Shown here: in pieces, positions 18,783 to 28,242 of the stretch
How the letters are laid out: the number at the start of each line of letters is the position of its first letter
How positions within the stretch are numbered: the stretch's first letter is position 1
NCBI GenBank assembly: GCA_016839515.1
Contig: JAEOUE010000160.1
Coordinates: forward strand, 1 to 35,424
From: Candidatus Hodarchaeum mangrovi
Lineage (GTDB): Archaea; Asgardarchaeota; Heimdallarchaeia; Hodarchaeales; Hodarchaeaceae
Direction: 5' to 3'
Length of the DNA: 35,424 bases
The notes under the pieces: generated by a model
What the model saw: only the letters and a program-made list of their open reading frames with translations
Told to the model about the DNA's origin: nothing
Database searches by the model: none
Translations under genes and position numbers: made by a program

Positions 18783-20714
18783 TTAGGCCCAATATGAATA
18801 AGCCACGTGATACATACTGCCACGAGAGCCAAGGAAGTTCATTAGATGATCGTTGAATGCGTATGTATCTACATACCATACGATTGGAACCTTAGGTACT
18901 TCGTGAGATATCAGATAACCTGCGTCTTCACACCCTTCAATAAACTGAGCGTCATCATTTGACCATTCAGGAGTTGGGAATGTATCTGCAGGGGCTCCAG
19001 GGATATAATTGAGTAATCCACGTCCGCCTGTGGCTTTTGCATATGCAACTTCATAATCTACATTAAGCCAGCTGTAACCTCCATATCCATAGAACATCCA
19101 GTATGCGAATGATTGGTAAGCAATGAAGTCCCATGGGGTCTCATAATTACCACCAAATCCACCTACATAGAAGTCCCAGTGTGGACCAGAAAATTCAGGG
19201 TCAGGTTCGTTCACATATGAATCATTGTATGAGTATCCACTGCCACCTTCGTATAAGGCAGTTAAGTAATTTCCCCATTCTAGCAGTTCAGTATCTACAT
19301 AGATTCCGATTTGCTTAAGGTCTTTTTGTATGGCGATAGCTCGTTTTACACAGAAGTCACAGTCCATGGTTGTAAGGACAAAATGACGACCTTTTGTTTG
19401 GTTTACACCGCCTATAGCTGTTTCATTTGCATAGATACCCCAACCAAATCGGTTGTCAGGTTCGTCTTTTAATCCCAGTGCTGTATAGCCTGCCGCATTA
19501 AGGAGGGCTTTCGACTCATTCACACCTTGATCAAAGTCATAATAATCAGAGGTGTCAAGATTTGAGAATTTATCAAGGATCCAATCTGAGAAAATTGAGT
19601 TTCGTTCATCAGCGATTCCAAGGTAAACATTATCAACAATATTTGTCCTATCAATCGCATGTGATACAGCTTTTCGGAACCACTCTTGAGAAACAGGGAA
19701 GTTACCGGGTCCACCGTAAACAGTTGGCCAATCTCCTTGAATATTCATTCCCATAGTAGCGCCTCCCAATACAGGGAGTAAATAGGCAGAATAACCTTCA
19801 GTGTTGTTGATAATTTCTAGAGATTCTAAGCTTGAAAAACGTCCTGTAGTAACATCTACACCACCAGTTCGTAGTTCAACTAAAGCCATTGCTTTCTCTG
19901 ATATGAATCGGTATTTAACGGTCTTGAAGGCCTTATCAACTGTTGGAAATGTGTAGGTTTTTCCATTATCAGCAGTGAATGTTTGACCCCAACCGAACCA
20001 ATCATCAAATCGCTCTAGAAGGACATAATCTTCTTTGGCCCATTCTTTGAACATATAAGGTCCACAGGAGACGGGATTTTCGGTGAAGTTTTCATATTTT
20101 GCCTGACAGACTGCAGTGGTGTCGGTATAGGATCCGTGTGATCCGTATGGTACAAGTGTAAAAATCTTCCAATTTCCAGCCACATCAAATTCAAACATTG
20201 GATCAGGGAACCAGTCACCAGAGAAGATTACTGTTAATCCGTCACCGTTTGGATCAGATACTGGGAAGGTTACATTCAAGTCATGTTCAGCTACTGCTTC
20301 ACTCATATTGTCGTATTGGTTGTAAGCCATATAATCGGCATATATGCTATATCGAACTGCTTTCGCATCGATTTTTGATCCATCATGGAATGTTAAACCG
20401 TCGCGAAGCGTAAATGTCCATTCTGTTCCATCTTCATTATGTGTCCAGCTCTCTGCTACTCCTGGCATTGTTACTATAGTTTCTCCAGGGGCAACTTGAC
20501 CTAGGTAGCCTTGGTATTGATAGGCTACTACTGCGTCATAGAGTGCGCTTGCGGATCGCCAGCGATTGTCTATAGTGACAATTTCTTCTTCAATTTGAAG
20601 AACTAATTCACTTTTGCTAGGTGTGGTTACACATCCGCTTAGAACAGAAATGGCAAAGATACCCACTATAACTAGTGCTAATCGAATTTTTCCGTTCATT
20701 TTTCTATTCTCCAT
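18783..20714 (-). CDS. oppA: Peptide ABC transporter substrate-binding lipoprotein (family 5)
   Basis: Lipobox VLSGC, VAESW, WTFTLRDGLTFHDG, PVSCGPY, RKAVSHAIDR, several N-x-S/T sequons; alternative start ATG 20699 with GGAG upstream. Confidence 0.9.
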   Translation of the reverse strand: MENRKMNGKIRLALVIVGIFAISVLSGCVTTPSKSELVLQIEEEIVTIDNRWRSASALYDAVVAYQYQGYLGQVAPGETIVTMPGVAESWTHNEDGTEWTFTLRDGLTFHDGSKIDAKAVRYSIYADYMAYNQYDNMSEAVAEHDLNVTFPVSDPNGDGLTVIFSGDWFPDPMFEFDVAGNWKIFTLVPYGSHGSYTDTTAVCQAKYENFTENPVSCGPYMFKEWAKEDYVLLERFDDWFGWGQTFTADNGKTYTFPTVDKAFKTVKYRFISEKAMALVELRTGGVDVTTGRFSSLESLEIINNTEGYSAYLLPVLGGATMGMNIQGDWPTVYGGPGNFPVSQEWFRKAVSHAIDRTNIVDNVYLGIADERNSIFSDWILDKFSNLDTSDYYDFDQGVNESKALLNAAGYTALGLKDEPDNRFGWGIYANETAIGGVNQTKGRHFVLTTMDCDFCVKRAIAIQKDLKQIGIYVDTELLEWGNYLTALYEGGSGYSYNDSYVNEPDPEFSGPHWDFYVGGFGGNYETPWDFIAYQSFAYWMFYGYGGYSWLNVDYEVAYAKATGGRGLLNYIPGAPADTFPTPEWSNDDAQFIEGCEDAGYLISHEVPKVPIVWYVDTYAFNDHLMNFLGSRGSMYHVAYSYWA

Positions 20715-20715
20715 A

Positions 20716-20870
20716 ACACAACGATCTCTATCTGTACTCTCGATAACTGAATCTAAGTTTTATTTCTATTTTACTAACTAAGAAGTAATTAAATGATTTT
20801 TACTGGTAATAAGGGAGAGTACACCTATAAGATCTGTGCGACACTTCGCTACTCTTATTATTCTTATATA
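20716..20870 (-). promoter_or_regulatory. oppA promoter (TATATAAG at 20870-20863) and a long self-complementary 5' leader
   Basis: Minus-strand arm GCACA-GATCT-TAT-AGG-TGTACTCTC (20839-20815) is complementary to GAGAGTACA-G-ATA-G-AGATC-GT-TGTGT (20741-20716). Confidence 0.5.
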
Positions 20871-21000
20871 GTTATCCTCACTCAGCATAACTATCTTTAA
20901 ATTCACCCTCTTATTCTGGATTTACTCTTTCAAATATCAAAGGTAGTACTTTCGATAGGATTTTATTCTGGTTAAGAATTAAATAAAACTTGATTTTCTA

Positions 21001-21492
21001 ATGATATTCTCTCAAAATCGAAAGATACTGCTTGATATTATTCTTTTAGGTCTTCTTTATGCCATTATTTACACTTGTTTAGTATATTTTGTTTATCCGA
21101 TTGAAATAGGATCTGGAGAAAATGTTATTGCTCGTGCTTTAGGTTCTGCTTTTTATTTTGGGGCCTTTAGTGGATTTTTTACTGGGCTTATAGGTGGGAT
21201 ATGGGTCAATCGCTTAGAGTTTAAGTCATCAATTACCATTGGTATTCTTATTGGTCTGACAAGTGCAATTTTAGGTTCAATTATTTTTCCATTTATTGGG
21301 TCTTGGTTAAGAATATTTTATTTTGGCGAGAACCCATCGGATTTCATTGTTGAAGTTTACTTTTTAATTAACTATTCAATTGTTGGGGTTGCTCCTGGGC
21401 TATTCGTAGGTTTGATTGCCGGGGTAATTGGAGGTATTTTCACAGGGGATATTGGAACAGGAGTTGGGCCACATAAAGAAGCTGATTCTTAA
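21001..21492 (+). CDS. Glycine-rich (GxxxG / glycine-zipper) membrane protein
   Basis: Four hydrophobic segments with repeated GxxxG, e.g. GAFSGFFTGLIGG and GLFVGLIAGVIGG. Confidence 0.65.
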   Translation: MIFSQNRKILLDIILLGLLYAIIYTCLVYFVYPIEIGSGENVIARALGSAFYFGAFSGFFTGLIGGIWVNRLEFKSSITIGILIGLTSAILGSIIFPFIGSWLRIFYFGENPSDFIVEVYFLINYSIVGVAPGLFVGLIAGVIGGIFTGDIGTGVGPHKEADS

Positions 21493-21493
21493 G

Positions 21494-22564
21494 TTACTTT
21501 TTCTTTGAATCCATAATACGTCCTAAGACTTGATTTATTTCAAGTTTTGATGGGGGTTCTCGCATACCTCCTTCTCTAGTTCTATGAAGAAGAGTTAAAT
21601 AAGCACATTCAAGAATATCGTCAATAGTTACTTCAGTTCGGCCATCATACGCGGCTTTTGCTCGGCTTCCTCTCGTAAGAACGATGTCAGATCGAAATCC
21701 ATCTACTTTAAGTGCCATACAAAGTGATACGATAATTTCTTTTCTATATTGAGGGATTTGAACATTTGTAAGGTTTACCTTAGCCTTACTAATTCTTTCT
21801 TTAAGTCGTTGATCATGATTTTGATAATCTTCTATCCACATTCCCCAATCTTTACTTTCCTCCTTTAAATTAAGTTCAACGATTTTCATTCGTTCATTAA
21901 TGTCTTGAATGTTTCCTGCTTGGGCAAAAAGGCTTAATCTGTCAAGTAATTGAGGGCGTAATTCCCCTTCTTCAGGATTCATAGTTCCAACAAGGATAAA
22001 ATTACTTGGGTGTCGAATTGAGATATTCTCTCGTTCAACAATGTTCCAACCTGATGCAGCACAATCTAGGATAGTATCGACTAAATGATCTGGTAAGAGA
22101 TTGATCTCATCTATATAAAGGATTTCTTGGTTCGCGTTAGCTAGAACTCCTGGAGAAAGGGCTTCGATTCCTGAGCCAATAATTTTTTCTATGTCTAGCG
22201 AACCTATAACACGATCCTCAGTAGCACCAAGAGGTAAAGTGATAATTTCCATTGTTTTCTTTTTCTGGGGAATACTTTCATAATCTTTTTCCGTTCTTTG
22301 TAAACAGCTCTCGCACATTTCTTTGGGCTTGTCTGGATTACATTTAAAAGGACAATCGGAGATTATTGTTATATTTGGTAGGATACTGGTTAATGATCGT
22401 ACGAGTGTACTTTTCCCTGTACCTTTTGGTCCTGATATCAGCACTCCTCCTATTTTGGGGTCGATAAGAGCTAGAATCAGGGCTAATTTTGCTTCTTTTA
22501 ACCCAACAAGTGAGGAAAATGGAATTACGGGCCTTTTGTCTTCTTTCATTTTTTTTTCGCCCAT
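21494..22564 (-). CDS. ChlI/BchI-like chelatase-family AAA+ ATPase
   Basis: PFSSLVG, IDPKIGGVL, GPKGTGKS, CPFKC...CESC insert, ATEDRVIGSLD, YIDEINLL, TMNPEEGELRPQLLDR. Confidence 0.92.
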   Translation of the reverse strand: MGEKKMKEDKRPVIPFSSLVGLKEAKLALILALIDPKIGGVLISGPKGTGKSTLVRSLTSILPNITIISDCPFKCNPDKPKEMCESCLQRTEKDYESIPQKKKTMEIITLPLGATEDRVIGSLDIEKIIGSGIEALSPGVLANANQEILYIDEINLLPDHLVDTILDCAASGWNIVERENISIRHPSNFILVGTMNPEEGELRPQLLDRLSLFAQAGNIQDINERMKIVELNLKEESKDWGMWIEDYQNHDQRLKERISKAKVNLTNVQIPQYRKEIIVSLCMALKVDGFRSDIVLTRGSRAKAAYDGRTEVTIDDILECAYLTLLHRTREGGMREPPSKLEINQVLGRIMDSKKK

Positions 22565-22706
22565 TTTCCAAATTGTTTCTCTATCTTTATCTATAATGTG
22601 GTTATGACAAAATGAATTCTATTTTTATCCTTCTTTTATTCTTTGAGATTTAATGTAAATTTTAAATGGATTCATCTTTATTTAGATTCATTAAAAGTGA
22701 AATCTC

Positions 22707-24197
22707 ATGGAAAGACCTAAAGTTACTTTAGATGGCAGTTCTCTTACAATTCAAGATCTTGTGAATGTTACTCGTCAGTTTTACAGAGTTGAATTAGCTA
22801 CTCAATCCATTGAAAAGATTAAATATTCTTCTCAAATTGTTCAAAGTATTTTATCTAAACAGCGTCGTGTTTATGGTGTAACTACTGGTTTCGGTTTTTT
22901 ACAGGATGTCGCAATATCACCCTCAGATTCTGAACAGTTACAATTAAATCTTGTAAGAAGCCATTCCGCTGGAGTTGGAGTAGAATATCCTGAAGAGATT
23001 GTTCGTGGAATGATGCTTCTACAAGCGAATAAATTTGCCCGAGGCAATTCAGGAATTCGATTAAAAACTGTAAATCTTTTACTTGAGCTTCTTAATAAAG
23101 GAATCACGCCTATTGTTCCTTCTAAAGGCAGTTTAGGAGCTAGTGGGGATTTAGCTCCACTTGCCCATCTAACTGCTGTGTTAATTGGTGAAGGTGAAGC
23201 TATGTATAAACAACAACGTCTTCCTAGTATTGAAGCGTTACAAAAAGCTAATTTGTCCCCTGTTACGCTTATTGCAAAAGAAGGATTAGCTCTACTGAAT
23301 GGTACTCAAGCAATGACTTCAATCGCTGCTCTCGCTATTTCTGATGGTGAATATTTATTGCGAATAGCTAATATTGCTGTTGCTCTCAGCATGGAAGTTC
23401 ATAGAGCTAATATTGACTCATTAAATCCCCTTATTCATGAGGCACGTCCTCACCCTGGTCAAATCTTTATTGCTCAAACACTTCGTGAGCTTTTAGAGGG
23501 CAGTCGTTTAGTATTTAGTAAGATTGGACGTCAAGATTCTTATTCAATACGATGTGTACCTGCTGTACATGGTGCATCTTATGATACTCTTCAATATGTA
23601 CGAAAAGTAATTGAAACTGAAATGAATTCTTCCACAGATAATCCCTTAATCTTTTCTCCTAACGAAATTTATTCTGGAGGGAATTTTCATGGACAACCTG
23701 TTGCCTTAGTCATGGACTTTTTAGGAATTGCTTTTGCGGAAATTGGAAATATCTCTGAAAGAAGAATTGAACAGCTTTTGAATCCAACTCTGAGTGGATT
23801 ACCTGCTTTTCTTGCTCCTAATAGTGGATTAAATTCGGGTTTTATGATTGCCCAATACACCGCAGCGTCTTTAGTATCAGAGAATAAACATCTCGCGAGT
23901 CCAGCATCTGTAGATTCTATTCCTGTATCTGCAAATCAGGAAGATCATGTTAGTATGGGATCGATTGCAGCGTCACAAACCCGTCAGATTATTGAACATC
24001 TTGAGATAATTCTCGCAATTGAATTACTTTGTGTTTGCCAGGCTATTGACTTAGCAGATATACAAAACAATTTATCTCCCCCCTTACGTGAAGTTTTTAA
24101 TATTTTACGTAAAGTAATCCCTGTTTTAGAATCAGATCGTATATTATCTACCGATATAAAGAAAAGTTCAGCCCTAATCAAGTCCAGAGCATTTTAA
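22707..24197 (+). CDS. hutH: Histidine ammonia-lyase
   Basis: VYGVTTGFG, LVRSH (HAL-type SH specificity motif), MIO-forming GASGDL, KEGLALLNGT, QDSYSIRC, GGNFHG, NQEDHVSMG. Confidence 0.96.
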   Translation: MERPKVTLDGSSLTIQDLVNVTRQFYRVELATQSIEKIKYSSQIVQSILSKQRRVYGVTTGFGFLQDVAISPSDSEQLQLNLVRSHSAGVGVEYPEEIVRGMMLLQANKFARGNSGIRLKTVNLLLELLNKGITPIVPSKGSLGASGDLAPLAHLTAVLIGEGEAMYKQQRLPSIEALQKANLSPVTLIAKEGLALLNGTQAMTSIAALAISDGEYLLRIANIAVALSMEVHRANIDSLNPLIHEARPHPGQIFIAQTLRELLEGSRLVFSKIGRQDSYSIRCVPAVHGASYDTLQYVRKVIETEMNSSTDNPLIFSPNEIYSGGNFHGQPVALVMDFLGIAFAEIGNISERRIEQLLNPTLSGLPAFLAPNSGLNSGFMIAQYTAASLVSENKHLASPASVDSIPVSANQEDHVSMGSIAASQTRQIIEHLEIILAIELLCVCQAIDLADIQNNLSPPLREVFNILRKVIPVLESDRILSTDIKKSSALIKSRAF

Positions 24198-25396
24198 ATT
24201 TTGTTAAATTTAGTCAATGCTTCCCAGCGAGGATAAAACGCTAAGATTGAATATAATGCACTCCCTTTCCATAATACTGTTTCATCTACTTGGAATTGAG
24301 GGTGATGATGAGGATAGATTGTTCCTTCTTGTTCATTATAATTGCCTAAAGTAAAGAATACCCCTGGAACTTTCTCCAAGTAAAATGCAAAATCTTCGCC
24401 AACCATACTTTGATCCATAATTTGTATATTATTCAAAGGCTGAAGGATTATTAGACTTTTTTCTACTATATCTGCTGTATTAACTACAGCGGGATAAGCT
24501 AATGGATCAAAAGTTACTGATCCCTTACAACGCCAAGCTTTACTATAATCTACTACAATTTCAGAAATCCTATTTCTAATATAATCTCTTAAATCAGGAT
24601 TAAGGGTTCTTAGAGTACCTTGAAGATAAGTTTCAGAAGGAATAATGTTATGAGCTTCACTTCCTCCAAATTTTGGAAGTGCAAGAACAACCGGTTCAAA
24701 TGGATTAATTTCTCGGCTGATTATCTTTTGTAATGCTACATAGATGTCATTTAAGACAGCTGTAGGGTCAATAGTTTGATGGGGATTGGCCACATGACCT
24801 CCTTTTCCTATAATTTTAACAAGAAATCGATCTGAAGAGGCGAATACTGGTCCAGCTCTTGTACCAATTACTCCTGAGGGTAAATCATGCCACATGTGAA
24901 GTCCAAATATATAATTAACATTTTCAAGGTGTCCTTCCTCTATTAAGTATTTAGCTCCCGCACCCCCCTCCTCTGCAGGCTGGAAAATCAACTTAATTGG
25001 TCCTTTCAGATACTGTTTGTTTTCTATAATAATTTTTGCCGCTCCCAAGAGCATTGCAGAATGAGCATCATGACCACAAGCATGCATTTTTCCTTTAAAT
25101 TTACTTTGATAATCGACATTTGTTTCTTCTCTGATATTAAGTGCATCTATGTCTGCTCTAAGAGCGACTGTCTTCTGTCCTTTTAAATCCGGGATAGTCG
25201 CAATCACACCAGTTTTTGCTGCTTTAGTCGTATTATAACCAATTATTTGTAATTCCTTTTCTATATAGGTAGCTGTAGAGTTTTCCTCAAACGCTGTTTC
25301 GGGATGCATATGGAAATAACGACGTTTGGATATGATATAGGATTCTAATTCTTTTGAATGCTGAATTAGTAAATTTATGAGATAAGAGTGATCCAT
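24194..25396 (-). CDS. M20 family (Acy1-like) amidohydrolase
   Basis: RRYFHMHPE, LRADIDAL, MHACGHDAH, FQPAEEG, GLH, GEDF, HHPQF; start set at ATG 25396 (gggga upstream) rather than 25504. Confidence 0.9.
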   Translation of the reverse strand: MDHSYLINLLIQHSKELESYIISKRRYFHMHPETAFEENSTATYIEKELQIIGYNTTKAAKTGVIATIPDLKGQKTVALRADIDALNIREETNVDYQSKFKGKMHACGHDAHSAMLLGAAKIIIENKQYLKGPIKLIFQPAEEGGAGAKYLIEEGHLENVNYIFGLHMWHDLPSGVIGTRAGPVFASSDRFLVKIIGKGGHVANPHQTIDPTAVLNDIYVALQKIISREINPFEPVVLALPKFGGSEAHNIIPSETYLQGTLRTLNPDLRDYIRNRISEIVVDYSKAWRCKGSVTFDPLAYPAVVNTADIVEKSLIILQPLNNIQIMDQSMVGEDFAFYLEKVPGVFFTLGNYNEQEGTIYPHHHPQFQVDETVLWKGSALYSILAFYPRWEALTKFNKI

Positions 25397-25592
25397 TTTT
25401 TGTCCCCAATAAATTTTATTAATTTTAAACTTTGATTTCAACTTAAATAGAGTATTTTTTTCAATTCTGTGTGGAATATATAATTTTTTGACTTTGAGTT
25501 TCATCTACCATTTATACCCACTTTAAAATAAAACTTGAAAACTGTTTAAAGAATCTCCTCTTTAGATAATTGAATTATAGGATATGTCGTAA

Positions 25593-26921
25593 ATGAACTT
25601 ATCAGACATTTTACAGCTCATTCAATCAGAAAAAATTGAAGAAATCGCGTTACAATTTACTGATATTGCAGGAATTCTTCATACTCTATGGATTCCTTCT
25701 GAGGAAATTACCAAAGTTATTCAAGAGGGAATTCATACTGATGGGTCATCTCTTGGAGTAGTAGATGTCAGTAAAAGTGATATTAAGCTAGTTCCTGATT
25801 TATCTAGTTTTGTTTTACTCCCTCCCGACCTTTATGCACATAAGATTGCTCGCGTTGTCTGTGATTTATATGAACCAGAATCTGACAAACCTTTTGAATT
25901 AGATCCTAGATTTATTTTGAAAAAAGTAACTAGAGATGTTCAAAATATCCTTGGATCATCTATATCCTGCTCTGCTTCTAGTGAAATAGAGTTTTTCCTA
26001 TTTAGAAAAGGTGAAAATGGGCAACTAGTTTTAATTGATGATGCAGGATATCTGGCTTCTCCTCCTGCAGACCAAGGAGCAGACTTACGATTAGAGATTA
26101 CCAAAACTCTTAGAAAAATAGGAATTCTTATTGAAAAACATCATCATGAAGTTCCCCATGGAAAAAGTGAGTTTAACCTCCCCTATGCTGATGCAGTAAA
26201 GATGGCTGATACAATTTATTTGATCAAGTTTATCATAAAATTGATGGCATCAAAAAAAGGACTCATCGCGTCTTTTATGCCTAAACCATTTCACGGTGAA
26301 TATGGAGCTGGATTACACACACATATAAATCTAAGAGATAATGCTAAGAATCAAAATTTGTTTGTTGATCCGAATGGTGCTTCTGGATTAAGTTCCCTTG
26401 CTTTGAACTTCATGGCCGGTATCTTAAAACACGCAAAAGCTCTCACAGGATTTACTAATCCTTCTGTTAATTCCTATAAACGACTTGTTCCTGGTTGGGA
26501 GGCTCCTGTATACATTTCTTGGGCTAATTATAATCGTTCAGCACTTATAAGGATCCCTCCAGGAAAGAAGAAAGCTGCACGCCTGGAATATCGACCTACT
26601 GATGGGTCCTGCAATTTTTATCTTGCCTATGCGGCCCTAATAGCCGCAGGATTATCTGGATTAATTGATAAACTAGATCCTCCTCCACCAATTGAAGAAA
26701 ATATTTATGAAATGAATCCGAAAGAACGTTTACAGCGTGGTATTGGAATCTTACCTAGTAGTCTAGGAGAAGCTCTTACTGAGCTAGCTCAAGATAATTA
26801 TTTACGAGAGCATATGGGAAATAAATTTTTTTCTAAATATTTAGAGATTAAAGATTCTGAATGGAGAGCATTCAGTATATTTGTTCATGAATGGGAAAGA
26901 AAAAGATATCTTGATGTTTAA
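25593..26921 (+). CDS. glnA: Glutamine synthetase type I family protein
   Basis: QFTDIAG, DGSS, EIEFFLF, HHEV, FMPKP, NSYKRLVPGWEAP, NRSALIRIP, RLEYR. Confidence 0.85.
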   Translation: MNLSDILQLIQSEKIEEIALQFTDIAGILHTLWIPSEEITKVIQEGIHTDGSSLGVVDVSKSDIKLVPDLSSFVLLPPDLYAHKIARVVCDLYEPESDKPFELDPRFILKKVTRDVQNILGSSISCSASSEIEFFLFRKGENGQLVLIDDAGYLASPPADQGADLRLEITKTLRKIGILIEKHHHEVPHGKSEFNLPYADAVKMADTIYLIKFIIKLMASKKGLIASFMPKPFHGEYGAGLHTHINLRDNAKNQNLFVDPNGASGLSSLALNFMAGILKHAKALTGFTNPSVNSYKRLVPGWEAPVYISWANYNRSALIRIPPGKKKAARLEYRPTDGSCNFYLAYAALIAAGLSGLIDKLDPPPPIEENIYEMNPKERLQRGIGILPSSLGEALTELAQDNYLREHMGNKFFSKYLEIKDSEWRAFSIFVHEWERKRYLDV

Positions 26922-26947
26922 ATGTTGCTAAGATAGGTGATTGGGCA

Positions 26948-28219
26948 ATGATTGAAGCTGATTTTGTGATTATAAATGCAAATGAATTGGTAACTCTAAA
27001 AGGGGGAAAATATAAACCTAAAACTGGGGAAGAAATGCGAGATCTAGGGATCATAAAGAATGGAGCGATTGCAATTTCTAAAGGAAATATCGTTGCAGTA
27101 GGAACAACAAGAGAGATTTTACCAGAGATCCAGAAAGGCTCTGAGATAATTGATGCAACAGGTAAGTTAGTCACACCAGGACTCATTGATCCGCATGTTC
27201 ATCTTGTTTTTGCTGGTACACGAGAAGATGAACTTGAGAAAATGGCAGTTCTTGGACAATCTTATTTAGAAATTAAAGAGCAAGGTGGGGGAATGAATAA
27301 ATCACTTAAAATGACTGCAGAAACACCTTTTAATGAGCAGTTAGCGATTACAACCAAAATCCTTGATAAAATGCTAATTTATGGAACTACAACTATTGAA
27401 GCAAAAAGCGGATATGAAATGACTTATGAGGGGGAATTAAAACAGCTAGAAATAATTAGTACATTAAATAAAATCCATCCGATCGATTTAGTACCTACAT
27501 TTCTTGCACAAGGGATTCCTCCTCAATTTGAAGCTAATGTAGATGAGCTAGTTAATGAAATTGCTGTAAAATGGATTCCTGAAATTGCGAAGCGCAAATT
27601 AGCCGAATATGCTGATGTTTTTTGCGAAAAAGGATATTTTAACCTAGAACAAACTCGTAAAATCCTTCTTTCTGCACGAAAAAACGGGCTGAAATTACGA
27701 AACCATTGTGATTGGCTTGTTCATAGTGGAGGAACCCGATTATCTGTTGAAATCGGAGAGATTGTTTCTGTTGATCATCTAATTTGGACTCCAATAGAAG
27801 AAATTGAACCTTTAAAAAATCAAAAAACTGTCATTATCTTTCTTCCTACATCTCCATTCTGTTATGTAGGTAAGTATGCAAATGCTAGAGAAATTATTGA
27901 TAGAGGATTACCTGTTGCTCTAGCTACAGATGTTAGTGCCGCAAATATGTGTGAATCAATGCAAATGATGATGACTCTTGCAGTTTTAAGAATGAAAATG
28001 ACTGCAGCTGAAGCATTAGTCGCTGCTACTATAAATGCTGCCCACTCAATAAATCGGAATATGAATATAGGATCTCTTGAGGTTGGTCAAAAAGCTGATA
28101 TTGTAATATTTAATGCACCTAACCACAAATTCTTTGCATACAATTATGGTATAAATTTAGCTGAAAAAGTATTCAAGAATGGTGTATTAGTTGCTGAGAA
28201 TGGGAGACGAATCCGTTGA
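26948..28219 (+). CDS. hutI: Imidazolonepropionase-like amidohydrolase with a divergent active site
   Basis: PGLIDPHVHLVFAG, GTTTIEAKSGY, DVFCEKGYF, ATINAA; HCDW and TDVSAAN replace the usual HA(D/E)(E/Q) and TDxNPG. Confidence 0.75.
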   Translation: MIEADFVIINANELVTLKGGKYKPKTGEEMRDLGIIKNGAIAISKGNIVAVGTTREILPEIQKGSEIIDATGKLVTPGLIDPHVHLVFAGTREDELEKMAVLGQSYLEIKEQGGGMNKSLKMTAETPFNEQLAITTKILDKMLIYGTTTIEAKSGYEMTYEGELKQLEIISTLNKIHPIDLVPTFLAQGIPPQFEANVDELVNEIAVKWIPEIAKRKLAEYADVFCEKGYFNLEQTRKILLSARKNGLKLRNHCDWLVHSGGTRLSVEIGEIVSVDHLIWTPIEEIEPLKNQKTVIIFLPTSPFCYVGKYANAREIIDRGLPVALATDVSAANMCESMQMMMTLAVLRMKMTAAEALVAATINAAHSINRNMNIGSLEVGQKADIVIFNAPNHKFFAYNYGINLAEKVFKNGVLVAENGRRIR

Positions 28220-28242
28220 AAAAAATGAGGGAGCAATTTCCC

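Noticed and set aside
4958-22564. Chlorophyll or cobalamin biosynthesis implied by the ChlI/ChlD-like genes
   Set aside because: No ChlH/CobN or other tetrapyrrole genes are in the window, and the D-like protein has an atypical membrane insertion
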